Source of the DNA: an uncultured Enterobacteriaceae bacterium
Lineage (GTDB): Bacteria > Myxococcota_A > UBA796 > SXON01
DNA: 64,000 bases
Reading direction: 5' to 3'
Assembly: GCA_964457335.1 (NCBI GenBank)
Contig: CAYWGD010000023.1
Coordinates: 1,127-65,126, forward strand
The translations under genes and the position numbers were made by a program. Of this stretch, positions 7,734 through 17,663 are shown one piece after another; positions within the stretch are counted from its first letter, which is position 1, and each line of letters begins with the position of its first letter. The notes under the pieces are model-generated. The model saw only the letters and a program-made list of their open reading frames with translations. It did not search any database and was not told where the DNA came from.

Positions 7734-9551
7734 CTATCCGCCGAACATCTTCCAGAAGGCGTCGCCGACGCCCACGATGCTCTCGCCCGCGATGACGCCC
7801 GCGCAGAGCACGATGCCGAAACGCGCCGTCCACTGCGGGGCGAAGCGCTGGCCGAGCGCCATCGCCACCGCGCCGACGAGGAAGGAGAGCACCGTGTAGG
7901 CCTGCACCGTGAACGCGAGCCCCACGGAGACGGGGCTCGGGATCCACGGGCGGGCCTTGGCCGGCGCCGTCTTCTCGGCGATGGCCAGCGCCATGGCGAC
8001 CACCGCGGCGATCGCCATCGCCTCCATCGCCATCGGGGGCATGGCGGAGAGCCCCTGCTTGAACACCTCGGCCACCGCCTTCCAGGTGGCCACCGCGGGG
8101 GCGGCCCACTCGTCGGTCAAGAGCTGGGACTTGGGATCCGGGATCAGCACGAGGTAGGCGGCCGAGCCGATGAGCGCGCCGGAAACGACGCCGAGCGCCT
8201 GCGCGACGAACTGGTGGCGCGGCCAGCTGCCGAGCATCATCCCCGTCTTCAGGTCGTGCAACAGGTCGCCGCACTGGCTCGCGGCGCCGCCCGTGACGTT
8301 GGCCGCCATGAGGTTGGACGCCACGTTGGACGGATCGAGCACGCCGAAGGTGAGCTGCGTCACCTTCCCCATCGCGCCCACGGGCGTCACGCCCGTCTCG
8401 CCGGACACGCGGCCCGCCACGATGGCCAGCACGAAGGAGAGGAACACGCCCAGGACCGCGAGCCAGGGCTTCACGTCGAAGAACGCGACCTGCAGCGTGG
8501 TGGAGGCCACGAGCACGATCGCCAGGAACGCCCAGAACGTGCGGCGCGGCACGTCGGTCGGATCGGCCGCGTCGACGGACGCGGACCTCGCCGCCTTCAA
8601 CCCGGACAGCACCGACTTGATCGTGAACGCGAACGACGTGAGCGAACCGACGACCATCAGCGTGACGCCGGGCCACAGGAGCCACTGGACGCCGCTGGTG
8701 AACCACGGCTTCGCGGGGTCGGCGGGGCCGGGCTTCATCCAGCCCGCCTCGAGCGCCATGGGCGCGAAGACGCCCCAGGCCAAGACCGCGCCGAGCACCA
8801 TCGAGAGCGTGGCGCGGAGCCCGATGATGCCCCCGGTCGCCACCATGAGCAGCGAGGGCTCCAGCGAGAACGTCAGGTTCGCGAGGGTGTAGCTCGTCGA
8901 GCCGCCCGTGAACGTGGCCGGGATCGCGAGGTGCGGGGGGTGCGCCACGAGGTTCGCGAGCTTGCTTGCCGCCCCGGCGACGCCGCCGGCGAGCAGCATC
9001 TTCACGCGCGCCACGGCCTCCTCGCCCTTGGCGTACATCTCCTTGAGCGTCTCGCCCGTGGCCATGCCGCCGGGGAACGTGAGCCCGCTGTTCACGAGGA
9101 GCTGCTTGCGCACGGCCACCGCGGCGGTCACGCCGACGAGCCCGACCGAGAGCACCCAAACGGCCAGCTGCGGCCAGGAGAGCACCGTCCCCTCCAGCAG
9201 CGTCAGCGCCGGGATCGGCGCCACGAGCCCCGCCGAGGAGATCGCGGCCGCGGCCGACGCCGCCGTCTGGTTCAGGTTGTTCTCCAGCACGCCGAAGGGG
9301 CGAAGCCGGAACGCCCGCGTGAGCGCCGCCCAGAGCCCGAAGCCGAGGAGCGCGGCGGTGACGGACATGTTCATGCTCCAGCCGATCTTCAAGCCCAGGT
9401 AGATGTTGCACAACGACAGGCCGCCGCCGAGCAGCATGCCGGTGGCGATCGAGCGCGCGGTGTAGCCTCGGTCGGCGGGGACCTCGGAGTCGAGGGCGGC
9501 GTGGGCGGGTTCGGACACGGAGCCTCCGCGGGCCAGGGTAGCCGAATCCAT
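7734..9551 (-). CDS. OPT-family oligopeptide transporter
   Basis: 605 aa polytopic membrane protein. N-terminal block TGMLLGGGLSLCNIYLGLKIGWSMNMSVTAALLGF is typical of the OPT superfamily. Confidence 0.85.
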   Translation of the reverse strand: MDSATLARGGSVSEPAHAALDSEVPADRGYTARSIATGMLLGGGLSLCNIYLGLKIGWSMNMSVTAALLGFGLWAALTRAFRLRPFGVLENNLNQTAASAAAAISSAGLVAPIPALTLLEGTVLSWPQLAVWVLSVGLVGVTAAVAVRKQLLVNSGLTFPGGMATGETLKEMYAKGEEAVARVKMLLAGGVAGAASKLANLVAHPPHLAIPATFTGGSTSYTLANLTFSLEPSLLMVATGGIIGLRATLSMVLGAVLAWGVFAPMALEAGWMKPGPADPAKPWFTSGVQWLLWPGVTLMVVGSLTSFAFTIKSVLSGLKAARSASVDAADPTDVPRRTFWAFLAIVLVASTTLQVAFFDVKPWLAVLGVFLSFVLAIVAGRVSGETGVTPVGAMGKVTQLTFGVLDPSNVASNLMAANVTGGAASQCGDLLHDLKTGMMLGSWPRHQFVAQALGVVSGALIGSAAYLVLIPDPKSQLLTDEWAAPAVATWKAVAEVFKQGLSAMPPMAMEAMAIAAVVAMALAIAEKTAPAKARPWIPSPVSVGLAFTVQAYTVLSFLVGAVAMALGQRFAPQWTARFGIVLCAGVIAGESIVGVGDAFWKMFGG

Positions 9552-9676
9552 CCCGGCCCGGGGAGCGGGATCAGGGCACCCGGCCGCCCACGGTCACGCC
9601 GTGCTCCAGGCGCCGCCGTGGCGTCCGGTGCGGCGACGTCGGCGCCGGGCGGGACGTCGGCGGCTCCTGTGCGAGG

Positions 9677-12532
9677 ATGTCCCGCATGTTCTGGCTCCTG
9701 TCCGTCGCGATGGCTCGCGAGGCCGCGTGGCGATGGGTCACCGCGGACCAGGGGCTCGTCTCCGAGCACGTCAACGACGTGGTCCAGGGCCCGGACGGCA
9801 TGATGTGGATCGCGACGCACGGCGGCGTGTACCGCTGGGACGGGCAGCGCGCCGTGCGCCAGGACGGGGGCGCGCTCGGCATCGAGGTCTCCCACATCGT
9901 GTTCGACGCCGCCGGCACGCTGCACGCCCGCGACGCCTACCGCGGCTTGTGGCGCTTCGGGCCCGGGGGCGCCGTGAAGGTGGAGGCTCCGCCGGTCGAC
10001 GACCTCGCCGTGGACCGCGGGCGCGTCCTCGTGCTGGCCGAGAACACCGCGTGGCGCGTCACGGAGGCGGGGCTCGAGGCGCTCCCCGTGGCGCTCCCGC
10101 GCTGGACACGGGTGCTCCGCGCCGACGGCGCCACGGTCGTCGCCGGCACCCAGGACGCCTTCTGGCTCGTCGAGCCCGGCCTGCGGCCGCACAAGATCGC
10201 GGACGCCACGATCGCGATCGACGCCGCGCCGGCCGGCGACGGCACGTGGTGGCTCCTCGACGTCCTGGGGACCGTGCGCCGGGTACACACGAGCGGCGCC
10301 CCGATCACCGAGGTGAACCGGACGGGGCGCGGGCTGCGGATCACCGTGCGGCACGGCGACGCCTGGGTCGGCTACGACAACGGCTTCGTGCGCGTCGGCC
10401 TCGAGGACTCGACGGACACCTGGGGCACGAGCCGGGGCGTGCACACCGGCGGGCGCATCTGGTTCGACGACGAGGGCAGCCTCTGGCTCGCGACGTTCCG
10501 CGGGCTCGGGCAGCTCCCGGACGTGGGCTCGGCGCTCTACGACCGCGACGACGGGCTCCCCGGGGAGGCGCTCCGCGACCTGGAGCTCGTCGGCGACACG
10601 CTCTGGGTGTCGGGCTGGGGCGGGCTCGTCCGGATGCCGGCGGGCGGCGGCGTCCTCGCCCCCTGGGACGAGCTGGTCCTGAAGGGGCGGCTCTGCGCGG
10701 ACGGCGCGGGTGGTGTGTGGGGAGTGGGGACCGACGGGCCGGACGGACCCGCGCGCTTCGTGCGGATCGACGCGGCGGGCACCCGCACGTGGCCCGCCGT
10801 GTCGCGCTCCCACTTCCTCGACGACTGCGAGCCCGCCGGCGACGGGAGCGTCTGGATCACCGCGGCGGACGGCCTCTGGCGGGCCGGGCCGGACGCCGCG
10901 CCCCGGCGCGTGGCGGAGTGGCCCACCCGGGCGATCGAGCGCGAGACGAAGGGCCTCGCGGTGGCGCCCGACGGCAGCGTGTGGGCGGCCGGGGGGGAGA
11001 CGGTGTGCCACCTCCGGGAGGCGTGGACGTGCGAGACGCTCGGGCGGGGCGCGCACGTGACGGACATCGAGGTGACGGCGAGCGGGGCGCCGTGGGTGGC
11101 CAACGCGCTCGACGGCGTGCTGCGCCGCGGAGCGGCGGGGTGGGAGCCGATCCCGGGCGTCGCGGCCCTCCCGTCGCGGTCGGTGCTCGGCCTCGCGCGA
11201 TCGCCGCGCGGCGGGATCTGGGTGCTCGGGCACGGCGTGGTCACCCGGGTCGAGGAGGACGCCTCCGACGCGGGCTGGCGCGAGGTGGAGACGCTCGCCG
11301 CGTGGCTCGGCCACCTCGTGTCGGGCGCCGCCGATCTCGTGGAGCTCCCCGACGGCGGCATGTGGATCGCCCACAACGGCGGGCTCACCCAGGTGTCCGC
11401 CGGGTCCCGGGAGCCGCCGAGCGAGCCGCCGGGGGTGACGCTCCTGGAGCTCCGGGTGGACGGGCGGCGCGTCGACCCAGGGGCGGACACGGCGACCGGG
11501 CCTCCCGCGGTCGCGGCCGGCGCGCCCGGCGGCGCCGTCGCGCGCGCCGTGCTCCCCTCCCCCCGCTCGGGCGTGCTGCTGCGCTTCGTGGCGCCCACGT
11601 GGCGCGCCCCGTCGCTCGTCCGCTACCGCGTGCGCGTCGGGGACGGCGCGTGGCGCGAGCTCGGCGGCCGCGGCGAGCTCGAGCTCGGGGACCTCCGCGC
11701 CGGCCGGTACACGGTCGAGGTCGCGGCGAGCCTCGACGGGCGCCGGTGGAGCGCCGAGCCGCTTCGCGTCGCGCTCGACGTGCCGCTCCCCTGGCACCGG
11801 CGCCCCACGGTGTGGGCGGGCGCCGCGGCGCTCGTGGCGCTCGTCGCGATGGGGGCCGAGCGGGCGCGCGGCCGGGTCGAGCGGCGCATCGAGCGGCTGC
11901 GCACCCGCGTGGCCCTCGACCTGCACGACGAGATCGGCGCCGGCCTCGGCGCCATCGGGCTCCTCGCGGGCCTGACGGGGCGCGCGGACCTCCCCGCGGA
12001 CGCGCGGGCCGAAGCCGCCGGGCGCGTGGCCCGCATCGCCGGGGCGCTCGGCGGCGCGATGCGCGGCATCGTCTGGTCGCTCCGGCCCGAGAGCGCGCGG
12101 ATGGACGCGCTCGGGCGGTACCTCGGCGAGCAGGCGCGGGCGCTCTTGCCGGAGCTCCACCACGCAGGCGGCCTCTCGCTCTCGCTCCCCGACGAGCCCG
12201 TGCCGATCGACCTCGACGTGCTCCGGGCCGTGCAGCTCGTCGGGTTGGAGGCGCTCCACAACGTGGCCCGGCACGCCGCCGCGCGCCGGGTGCACGTGAA
12301 GCTCGGCCGCGACGCGCGCGGCTGGGCGCTCGTCGTCGAGGACGACGGGGCGGGCCTCGGCGGCGGGGTGGCCGACGCCGCGGACGCCGGCAACGGGCTG
12401 TTGTCCCTGCGCATGCGCGCGGAGCAGGTGGGGGGGCGCCTGGAGATCGGGCCCGGCGCGGCCGGCGGCACGCGCGTGCGGCTCTGGTTCGTCTCCGTCC
12501 GGTCGCGTTGGACGGGCAGGAGGTCCGAATGA
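9677..12532 (+). CDS. Sensor histidine kinase with periplasmic/extracytoplasmic beta-propeller repeats (HisKA_3 type)
   Basis: Repeated W-containing propeller-like motifs (DGMMWIATHGGVYRWDG, GSLWLATFRGL, GSVWITAADGLWR…). TM segment WAGAAALVALVAM. H-box LDLHDEIGAGL (NarX/LiaS type), then an ATPase region (GNGLLSLRMRAEQVGG). Confidence 0.9.
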   Translation: MSRMFWLLSVAMAREAAWRWVTADQGLVSEHVNDVVQGPDGMMWIATHGGVYRWDGQRAVRQDGGALGIEVSHIVFDAAGTLHARDAYRGLWRFGPGGAVKVEAPPVDDLAVDRGRVLVLAENTAWRVTEAGLEALPVALPRWTRVLRADGATVVAGTQDAFWLVEPGLRPHKIADATIAIDAAPAGDGTWWLLDVLGTVRRVHTSGAPITEVNRTGRGLRITVRHGDAWVGYDNGFVRVGLEDSTDTWGTSRGVHTGGRIWFDDEGSLWLATFRGLGQLPDVGSALYDRDDGLPGEALRDLELVGDTLWVSGWGGLVRMPAGGGVLAPWDELVLKGRLCADGAGGVWGVGTDGPDGPARFVRIDAAGTRTWPAVSRSHFLDDCEPAGDGSVWITAADGLWRAGPDAAPRRVAEWPTRAIERETKGLAVAPDGSVWAAGGETVCHLREAWTCETLGRGAHVTDIEVTASGAPWVANALDGVLRRGAAGWEPIPGVAALPSRSVLGLARSPRGGIWVLGHGVVTRVEEDASDAGWREVETLAAWLGHLVSGAADLVELPDGGMWIAHNGGLTQVSAGSREPPSEPPGVTLLELRVDGRRVDPGADTATGPPAVAAGAPGGAVARAVLPSPRSGVLLRFVAPTWRAPSLVRYRVRVGDGAWRELGGRGELELGDLRAGRYTVEVAASLDGRRWSAEPLRVALDVPLPWHRRPTVWAGAAALVALVAMGAERARGRVERRIERLRTRVALDLHDEIGAGLGAIGLLAGLTGRADLPADARAEAAGRVARIAGALGGAMRGIVWSLRPESARMDALGRYLGEQARALLPELHHAGGLSLSLPDEPVPIDLDVLRAVQLVGLEALHNVARHAAARRVHVKLGRDARGWALVVEDDGAGLGGGVADAADAGNGLLSLRMRAEQVGGRLEIGPGAAGGTRVRLWFVSVRSRWTGRRSE

Positions 12533-13188
12533 GCGTCCGCGTCGCGATCGTGGAGGACCAGGCCTCCTTCCGACAGGCCCTGGAGCTGGTGCTCGCGCAC
12601 ACGCCTGGCTTCGAGCTCGCGGGGAGCTTCCCGAGCGTCGAGGAGCTCACCCGCGCGCTCGACGACCCCCGCGCGCTCGCGCGGCGCTGGGACGTGGTCG
12701 TCATGGACCTCGACCTGCCCGGGGCGAGCGGGCTCGAGGGGACGCGGCGCGTGAAGCGGCGGTCGCCCGACACGGCCGTGCTCGTGTGCACGGTGTTCGA
12801 GGAGGCGGCCACGCTCGTGGAGGCGATCGGCGCGGGCGCGGACGGCTACGTCGTGAAGGGCGCGCCGCTCGACACGCTGCTCGAGCAGGTGCGGACCGTC
12901 GCCCACGGCGGGGGCATCCTCTCCGCCACCGTCGCCCGCACCCTGCTCGAGGTGGTCCGCGGCCAGGCCGCCGACGCCGGCCCCGCCCCCGCCCGCCTCG
13001 ACCTCACCGACCGTGAGCGCGACGTGCTCCGCTGCCTCGTGGACGGGATGAGCTACAAGCAGGCGGCCGACGCGCTCGACGTGAGCCCGAACACGGTGCG
13101 GACGCACGTGAAGGCGCTCTACCGCAAGCTCCAGGTGCAGAACGTGGCGGAGGCGGTGAGCCGGGCGATCCGGCAGCGGCTGGTCTGA
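12529..13188 (+). CDS. Response regulator, NarL/LuxR family
   Basis: The ATG overlaps the kinase stop (ATGA at 12529-12532). Receiver domain (VVVMDLDLPGASG) plus a C-terminal HTH (LTDRERDVLRCLVDGMSYKQAADAL). Confidence 0.9.
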   Translation: MSVRVAIVEDQASFRQALELVLAHTPGFELAGSFPSVEELTRALDDPRALARRWDVVVMDLDLPGASGLEGTRRVKRRSPDTAVLVCTVFEEAATLVEAIGAGADGYVVKGAPLDTLLEQVRTVAHGGGILSATVARTLLEVVRGQAADAGPAPARLDLTDRERDVLRCLVDGMSYKQAADALDVSPNTVRTHVKALYRKLQVQNVAEAVSRAIRQRLV

Positions 13189-13194
13189 ACCGCT

Positions 13195-13587
13195 TCACCG
13201 CCCGGCCCGGGCCGACAGCGCCACGCCCACGAGGAGCACGCACGCGCTCCCGACGTGGAACGGCCCCGCCGACGCCCCGACGGCGGCGAGGGCCCCGCCG
13301 GCGGCGACCCCGTCGAAGGCGTCCGCGCCCGCGACCACGTGGTAGCCCGCGAGGAAGACGGCGAGCGTGCGCAGCGCCGCGGCGTCGAGGCGGCGGAGCG
13401 CCCACAGCGTGAAGAGCGCGGTGGTGGCGTTCGTGAAGCCGGCGAGCCGGAAGCCGAGGCGGCCCGCGTCGTCGAGCGGCGCGTGCACCACCTGCTCCGC
13501 GAAGAGCGCGAAGCCGACACCGCCGAGCAGGAGCTGCGCCGCGGCGTTGAGGGCCAGCGGCGCCTGGATCCAGCGGGCGCTCCTCAT
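13195..13587 (-). CDS. Small integral membrane protein (about 4 TM)
   Basis: 130 aa hydrophobic protein. Its ATG at 13587 overlaps the stop of the upstream KAS III gene (13584-13586). Last gene of the operon. Confidence 0.6.
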   Translation of the reverse strand: MRSARWIQAPLALNAAAQLLLGGVGFALFAEQVVHAPLDDAGRLGFRLAGFTNATTALFTLWALRRLDAAALRTLAVFLAGYHVVAGADAFDGVAAGGALAAVGASAGPFHVGSACVLLVGVALSARAGR

Positions 13588-14666
13588 GCGGTGTGGGCGA
13601 TCGGCCCGGCCCGGAGCACGGTCGCGCCCGAGGACGACACCGACCCCATCGTGAACAGCACCACGAGGTCGCCCGCGCGCACCTTCCCCTCGGCGAGCCC
13701 GTGGTGCAGGAGGAACGCGGGGAACGGGGCGCCGAGGTTCGCGTAGCGCGGGAAGAGGTCGATCGTCCGCGCGGGGTCGATCTCCAGCGCGCGCACGCAC
13801 AGCCGCGCGAACCACGCGAGCGGCGTCGAGAAGCCCCAGTACACGACCTGCTCGGGCGCCACGCCGGCGCGCTCCAGGGCGGCGGCGCAGAGCCGGCGCA
13901 CCAGCGCGGGGCTCGACGCCTCGCGCAGCGGCCGCCCGCCGGCCGGCCCGACGGCCATCCGCACGCACGGCCGCCCGTCGGCGCCCACCTGCAGCGCGTG
14001 CTCGAACACGCCGCAGGTCTCCGCGGTGTTCTCGGCGTAGCTCCCGAGCAGCCCCTCCCGGTCGTCGCGCGCGGGCCCCACGACCCACGCGGCCGCGGCG
14101 TCGCTGCTGATCCAGCCGAGCGTGCCGGCGGGGTCGGTGTGCCGCGAGTTCGTCGAGGAGAGCACCACCAGGACGCGCCGGAACGTCCCCGCCACGACGA
14201 GCGCCTGCGCCAGCTGGAGGCACGCCGTGCCGCTCGAGCAGGCCGACTCGACGTTGTACGCGGGCGCCGTCACGCCCAGCGCCCGCGCGAGCAGCACCGC
14301 GTCCCCCGGCGCGACGAAGCGCTCGGGCAGCCACGAGGCGCAGAGGATCGCGTCCACGTCGCGCGCGTCGAGCCCCGCCAGCGCGATCGCCGCGCGGGCC
14401 ACCTCCTCCTCCAGGCCGAGCGCGGTCTCCCCCGGCGCGAGGAGCCAGCGCACCTGCGCGCCGCGGAAGGGATCGTCGGCGTAGCGGGCCATCTCGGCGT
14501 CGAAGCCGCTCGACCGCTCGGTCCCGTCGGTGGTGGAGAAGGCCCGGGCGAGGCCCTTCTCCCTCGCCGTGGCCAGCACCTCGGGCCGGTGGGCCAGGTA
14601 CCAGTCGTTCGTCCGCCGCTCGCCGCCCCGGCGTACCGCGACGCTCCAGATCGCGGCGCGGGTCAC
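13584..14666 (-). CDS. KAS III (FabH)-like ketosynthase/acyltransferase
   Basis: GTG at 14666 with GGAGG upstream; it overlaps the stop of the ThDP gene (GTGA). Active-site Cys context YNVESACSSGTACL. C-terminal YANLGAPF and GDLVVLFTMGSG-like blocks typical of the FabH fold. Confidence 0.85.
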   Translation of the reverse strand: MTRAAIWSVAVRRGGERRTNDWYLAHRPEVLATAREKGLARAFSTTDGTERSSGFDAEMARYADDPFRGAQVRWLLAPGETALGLEEEVARAAIALAGLDARDVDAILCASWLPERFVAPGDAVLLARALGVTAPAYNVESACSSGTACLQLAQALVVAGTFRRVLVVLSSTNSRHTDPAGTLGWISSDAAAAWVVGPARDDREGLLGSYAENTAETCGVFEHALQVGADGRPCVRMAVGPAGGRPLREASSPALVRRLCAAALERAGVAPEQVVYWGFSTPLAWFARLCVRALEIDPARTIDLFPRYANLGAPFPAFLLHHGLAEGKVRAGDLVVLFTMGSVSSSGATVLRAGPIAHTA

Positions 14667-16364
14667 GTCGCCTCCGCGGCGGCGGCCCAGGTGAGCGACC
14701 GCACGCGCCGGCCGATCGGCGCCGGCTCGTCCCGGTCGACGAGCACGTCGACCAGCGCGGGGCCGGGGAGCGTGACCGCGCGCGCGAGCGCCGCGGCGAG
14801 CTCCTCCTCGCTCGCGACCCGCTCCGCGCGCATCCCCATGGCGCGGGCCACCGCGGCGAAGTCGACCGGGGCCAGCCCGGTGGGCGTGCCGGGGAGCCCG
14901 TTGCCGTCGAGGCCCTGGCGGCACATGCCGTACTGCGAGTCGTTGAGCACGACCCACGTGGCCGGGAGGCCGTCACGCACGGCGGTGGCGAGCTCGTTGC
15001 CCATGAGCACGGCGCCGTCCCCGACGAGCGCGACCGTTCGCCGACCGGCCGCCGCGGGCCCGATGGCGCCGCCCGTGGCGTGCCCCATCGAGCCCCAGCC
15101 CACGCTGATCCGGAGGCGCGGCCGGTCGGCGGTGGATCGCCCACGCGAAGCTGTTGCCCGACTCGGCGAGCACGAGCGCGTCGGAGCCGTCGACCACCAC
15201 GCGCTGCACGGTGTCGAGCAGGAAGCTCGGCCGCACCGGGCCGAGCTTCCGGGGCGGGCCCGCGACGACCACCGCGGGGCGGGGCGCCACCGGCGGGACC
15301 TCGGGCAGGCGCTCCAGGAGGTCCCGGAGGAAGGGGGCCACCGACGCCTGGACGGCGACGAGCGGCGCGGAGGGGTACGCCCCCGCGGCGAGCTCGCCCG
15401 TGTCGCTCACCTGGACGAGGAGCCGCGTCGGGCGGAGCGCGTCCGTCCAGCCGCTCGACGCCTCGCCCAGGTGCGTCCCCAGCGCGAGCACCACCTCCGG
15501 CCGCTCCACGAGCGCGGCCTCGGCGGAGTCGTGCCCGCCGACGCCGAGCACGCCCACGCAGCGCGGGTGGCGCTCGGAGAGGATGCCCTTGCCGCGCGGC
15601 GTCGAGGCCGCGAGCCACCCCGTGCGCTCGACGAGCGCGCGCACCTCGGCCGCGGCGTCGCGCGCGCCGAAGCCCACCACCACGAACCCCCGGCGGGCCG
15701 CGAGCGCGGCGATCGCGTCGACCATCGCGGGGTCGACGCGCGCCCCGGCGAGCCGCACGGGGCCGACCGGGAGGGGCTCGTGGGACACCTCGGCCTGCAC
15801 GTCGCTCGCGAGCCCGAGGTGCACGACCGCCCCGCCCGGCCGGGCGAGCGCCTCCGCAGCCCGTTGCAGCGCCGGGGCGAGCATGCGCGCGTCGGTGATC
15901 AGGGCCGCCTCGTCGAACAGCGGGCCCGCCTGGTAGAGGCCCGAGAGCGGCCCGCCCTCGGCGGTCTCCTGCGTGGCGCCGCGCAGCCGGCGGCTCACGG
16001 GGGTTGCGGCCGACAGCACGATCACCCGGGCGCCCTCCTGCCGCGCCGCGACGATCCCGGTGAGCGCGTTGGTGAGGCCGGGGCCCGTCGTCGTGAACAC
16101 CGCGACGGGCGCGCCGGTCTCGAGGGACGCCTCGGTCGCGGCGAAGGCGGCGCTCGACTCGTGGGCGGTGTGGACGACGCGGAGGCCGGGGGCGTGGCCG
16201 AGCGCGTGCCAGAGGTGGGCCACCGCGCCGCCGGTCACGCCGAACGCGAGGCGGACGCCCTGCGCGAGGAGCCAGTCGACCACGCGATCGGCCCCCCGCC
16301 GCGCGGGCGCGGGCCGACGGAGCTCGGTGGTGGGGTCGGGGAGCGAGAAGGGGTCGACGAGCAT
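14663..16364 (-). pseudogene. ThDP-dependent acetolactate-synthase-like enzyme with an apparent frameshift
   Basis: N-terminal and middle domains are in one frame (…FGVTGGAVAHLW…TTTGPGLTNAL…LAESGNSFAWAIHR). The C-terminal ThDP-binding domain is in another frame (DRPRLRISVGWGSMGHATGGAIG…GDGAVLMGNELATA…VLNDSQYGM). The span is 1702 nt, not a multiple of 3, and the switch maps to about 15125-15135. Either a sequencing error or a genuine inactivation. Confidence 0.8.
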
Positions 16365-16774
16365 CACGCCACCACGCCGAGCTGGCGGAGGAGCGCGAGC
16401 TCGTCGGCGACGCGCCAGAGCTCGACCAGCCGTCCGTCCTGGAAGCGGAGGATGCCCGCTTCGCGCATCTCGACGGCCCGCCCGGTGGCGGGCAGGCCCA
16501 TGAAGTCGCCCCGGTGCGTGCCGCGCACGGTCCACCGGGCGCCGACGCGGTCCCCCTCGACCACGAGGTCGTCCGGCGTGCTCGTCCAGTCCGGGAACGC
16601 GGCGCGGATCATGCCGAGGCCGAGGACGAAGCCCTCGCGGCCGGGCGGCCCGCCGCGGTGGTCGACGTAGTCGGGCGCGACGAGCTCCTCGACGCGGGCG
16701 AGGTCGCCGGTGGAGATGAGCGCGAACACGGCGCGCGCCTGCTGGCGCAAGAACTCGGCGGACGGGCTGGACAC
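16364..16774 (-). CDS. SnoaL-like ester/polyketide cyclase family protein
   Basis: 136 aa. Pattern …VAPDYVDHRG…GFV…AFPDW…VVEGDRVGARWTVRGTHRGDFMGLPATGRAVEMREAGILRF.DGRLVELW is typical of ester-cyclase/SnoaL-like proteins. Its stop overlaps the ThDP gene ATG by 1 nt. Confidence 0.8.
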   Translation of the reverse strand: MSSPSAEFLRQQARAVFALISTGDLARVEELVAPDYVDHRGGPPGREGFVLGLGMIRAAFPDWTSTPDDLVVEGDRVGARWTVRGTHRGDFMGLPATGRAVEMREAGILRFQDGRLVELWRVADELALLRQLGVVA

Positions 16775-16925
16775 GAGGCCTCCGGGGAAGTGCTCGTGAC
16801 CGTACCGGCCGGACGTGGCCGCGTCGTCTCACATGATCGGGTGAGCCGCGCGGCGGATGCGCACGGGCTCGAACGACCGGGGCACGGGCGAACACCCGAT
16901 CCGCTCCCGACGGTACACTCCCGAC

Positions 16926-17648
16926 GTGCGCATCTCCTGCATCATGCCGACCCGCGACCGCGCGCCCTTCGTGCCGCTCGCGCTCGAGTGGTTCGACGCC
17001 CAGGACTGGCCCGACACCGAGCTCGTCGTGGTGGACGACGGCGACGAGCCCGTGGGTGCGCTCGTCGAGCGCCACCCCCGCGCGCGGTACCTGCGCGCGC
17101 CGCGGTGCTCGATCGGCGCGAAGCGGAACCTCGCGGTCGCGCACGCGACCGGCGCGCTCGTGGCCCACTGGGACGACGACGACTGGTCCGCACCCGACCG
17201 CCTGAGCCGGCAGGCCGCGCCGATCCTCGCCGGGACGGCGGACATCTGCGGTTTCGACGCCCGGCTCCTGCTCCACCTGCCGACGGCGAGCGTCTGGGGC
17301 CCGGCGGGGCGGCGCCGCAAGGCCGCGGCGGACATGCCGGCCCTGGCCACGATCCTCTGGCGGCGCGCGCTCTGGGAGGCCGGCGCCCGCTACCCCGACC
17401 AGGACGTGGGCGAGGACGCCGTGTTCCTCGCCGCGGCCCGGCGGATGGGGGCGCGGCTGCGGACGCTCCGGAACGACGGCGCGTGGGCCTACGGCCGGCA
17501 CGGCGGCAACACCTGGCGCTTCGAGCAGGGGCGCGCGCTCGGCGCCATCGGGTGGGGCCTCGCGCGGCCTCCGCCGGCGCTGCGGCGCGCGGACGTGGAG
17601 CGGATGGCCGCGGCCGCCGCGGCGTGTGGCCGGCCTCCCGGCGCTTGA
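16926..17648 (+). CDS. Family 2 glycosyltransferase
   Basis: ISCIMPTRDR…LVVVDDGD…AKRNLAV…HWDDDDW (DxD-type motifs). Start uncertain: GTG 16926 or upstream 16857. Confidence 0.75.
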   Translation: MRISCIMPTRDRAPFVPLALEWFDAQDWPDTELVVVDDGDEPVGALVERHPRARYLRAPRCSIGAKRNLAVAHATGALVAHWDDDDWSAPDRLSRQAAPILAGTADICGFDARLLLHLPTASVWGPAGRRRKAAADMPALATILWRRALWEAGARYPDQDVGEDAVFLAAARRMGARLRTLRNDGAWAYGRHGGNTWRFEQGRALGAIGWGLARPPPALRRADVERMAAAAAACGRPPGA

Positions 17649-17663
17649 CCACCCGAGCGCCCG

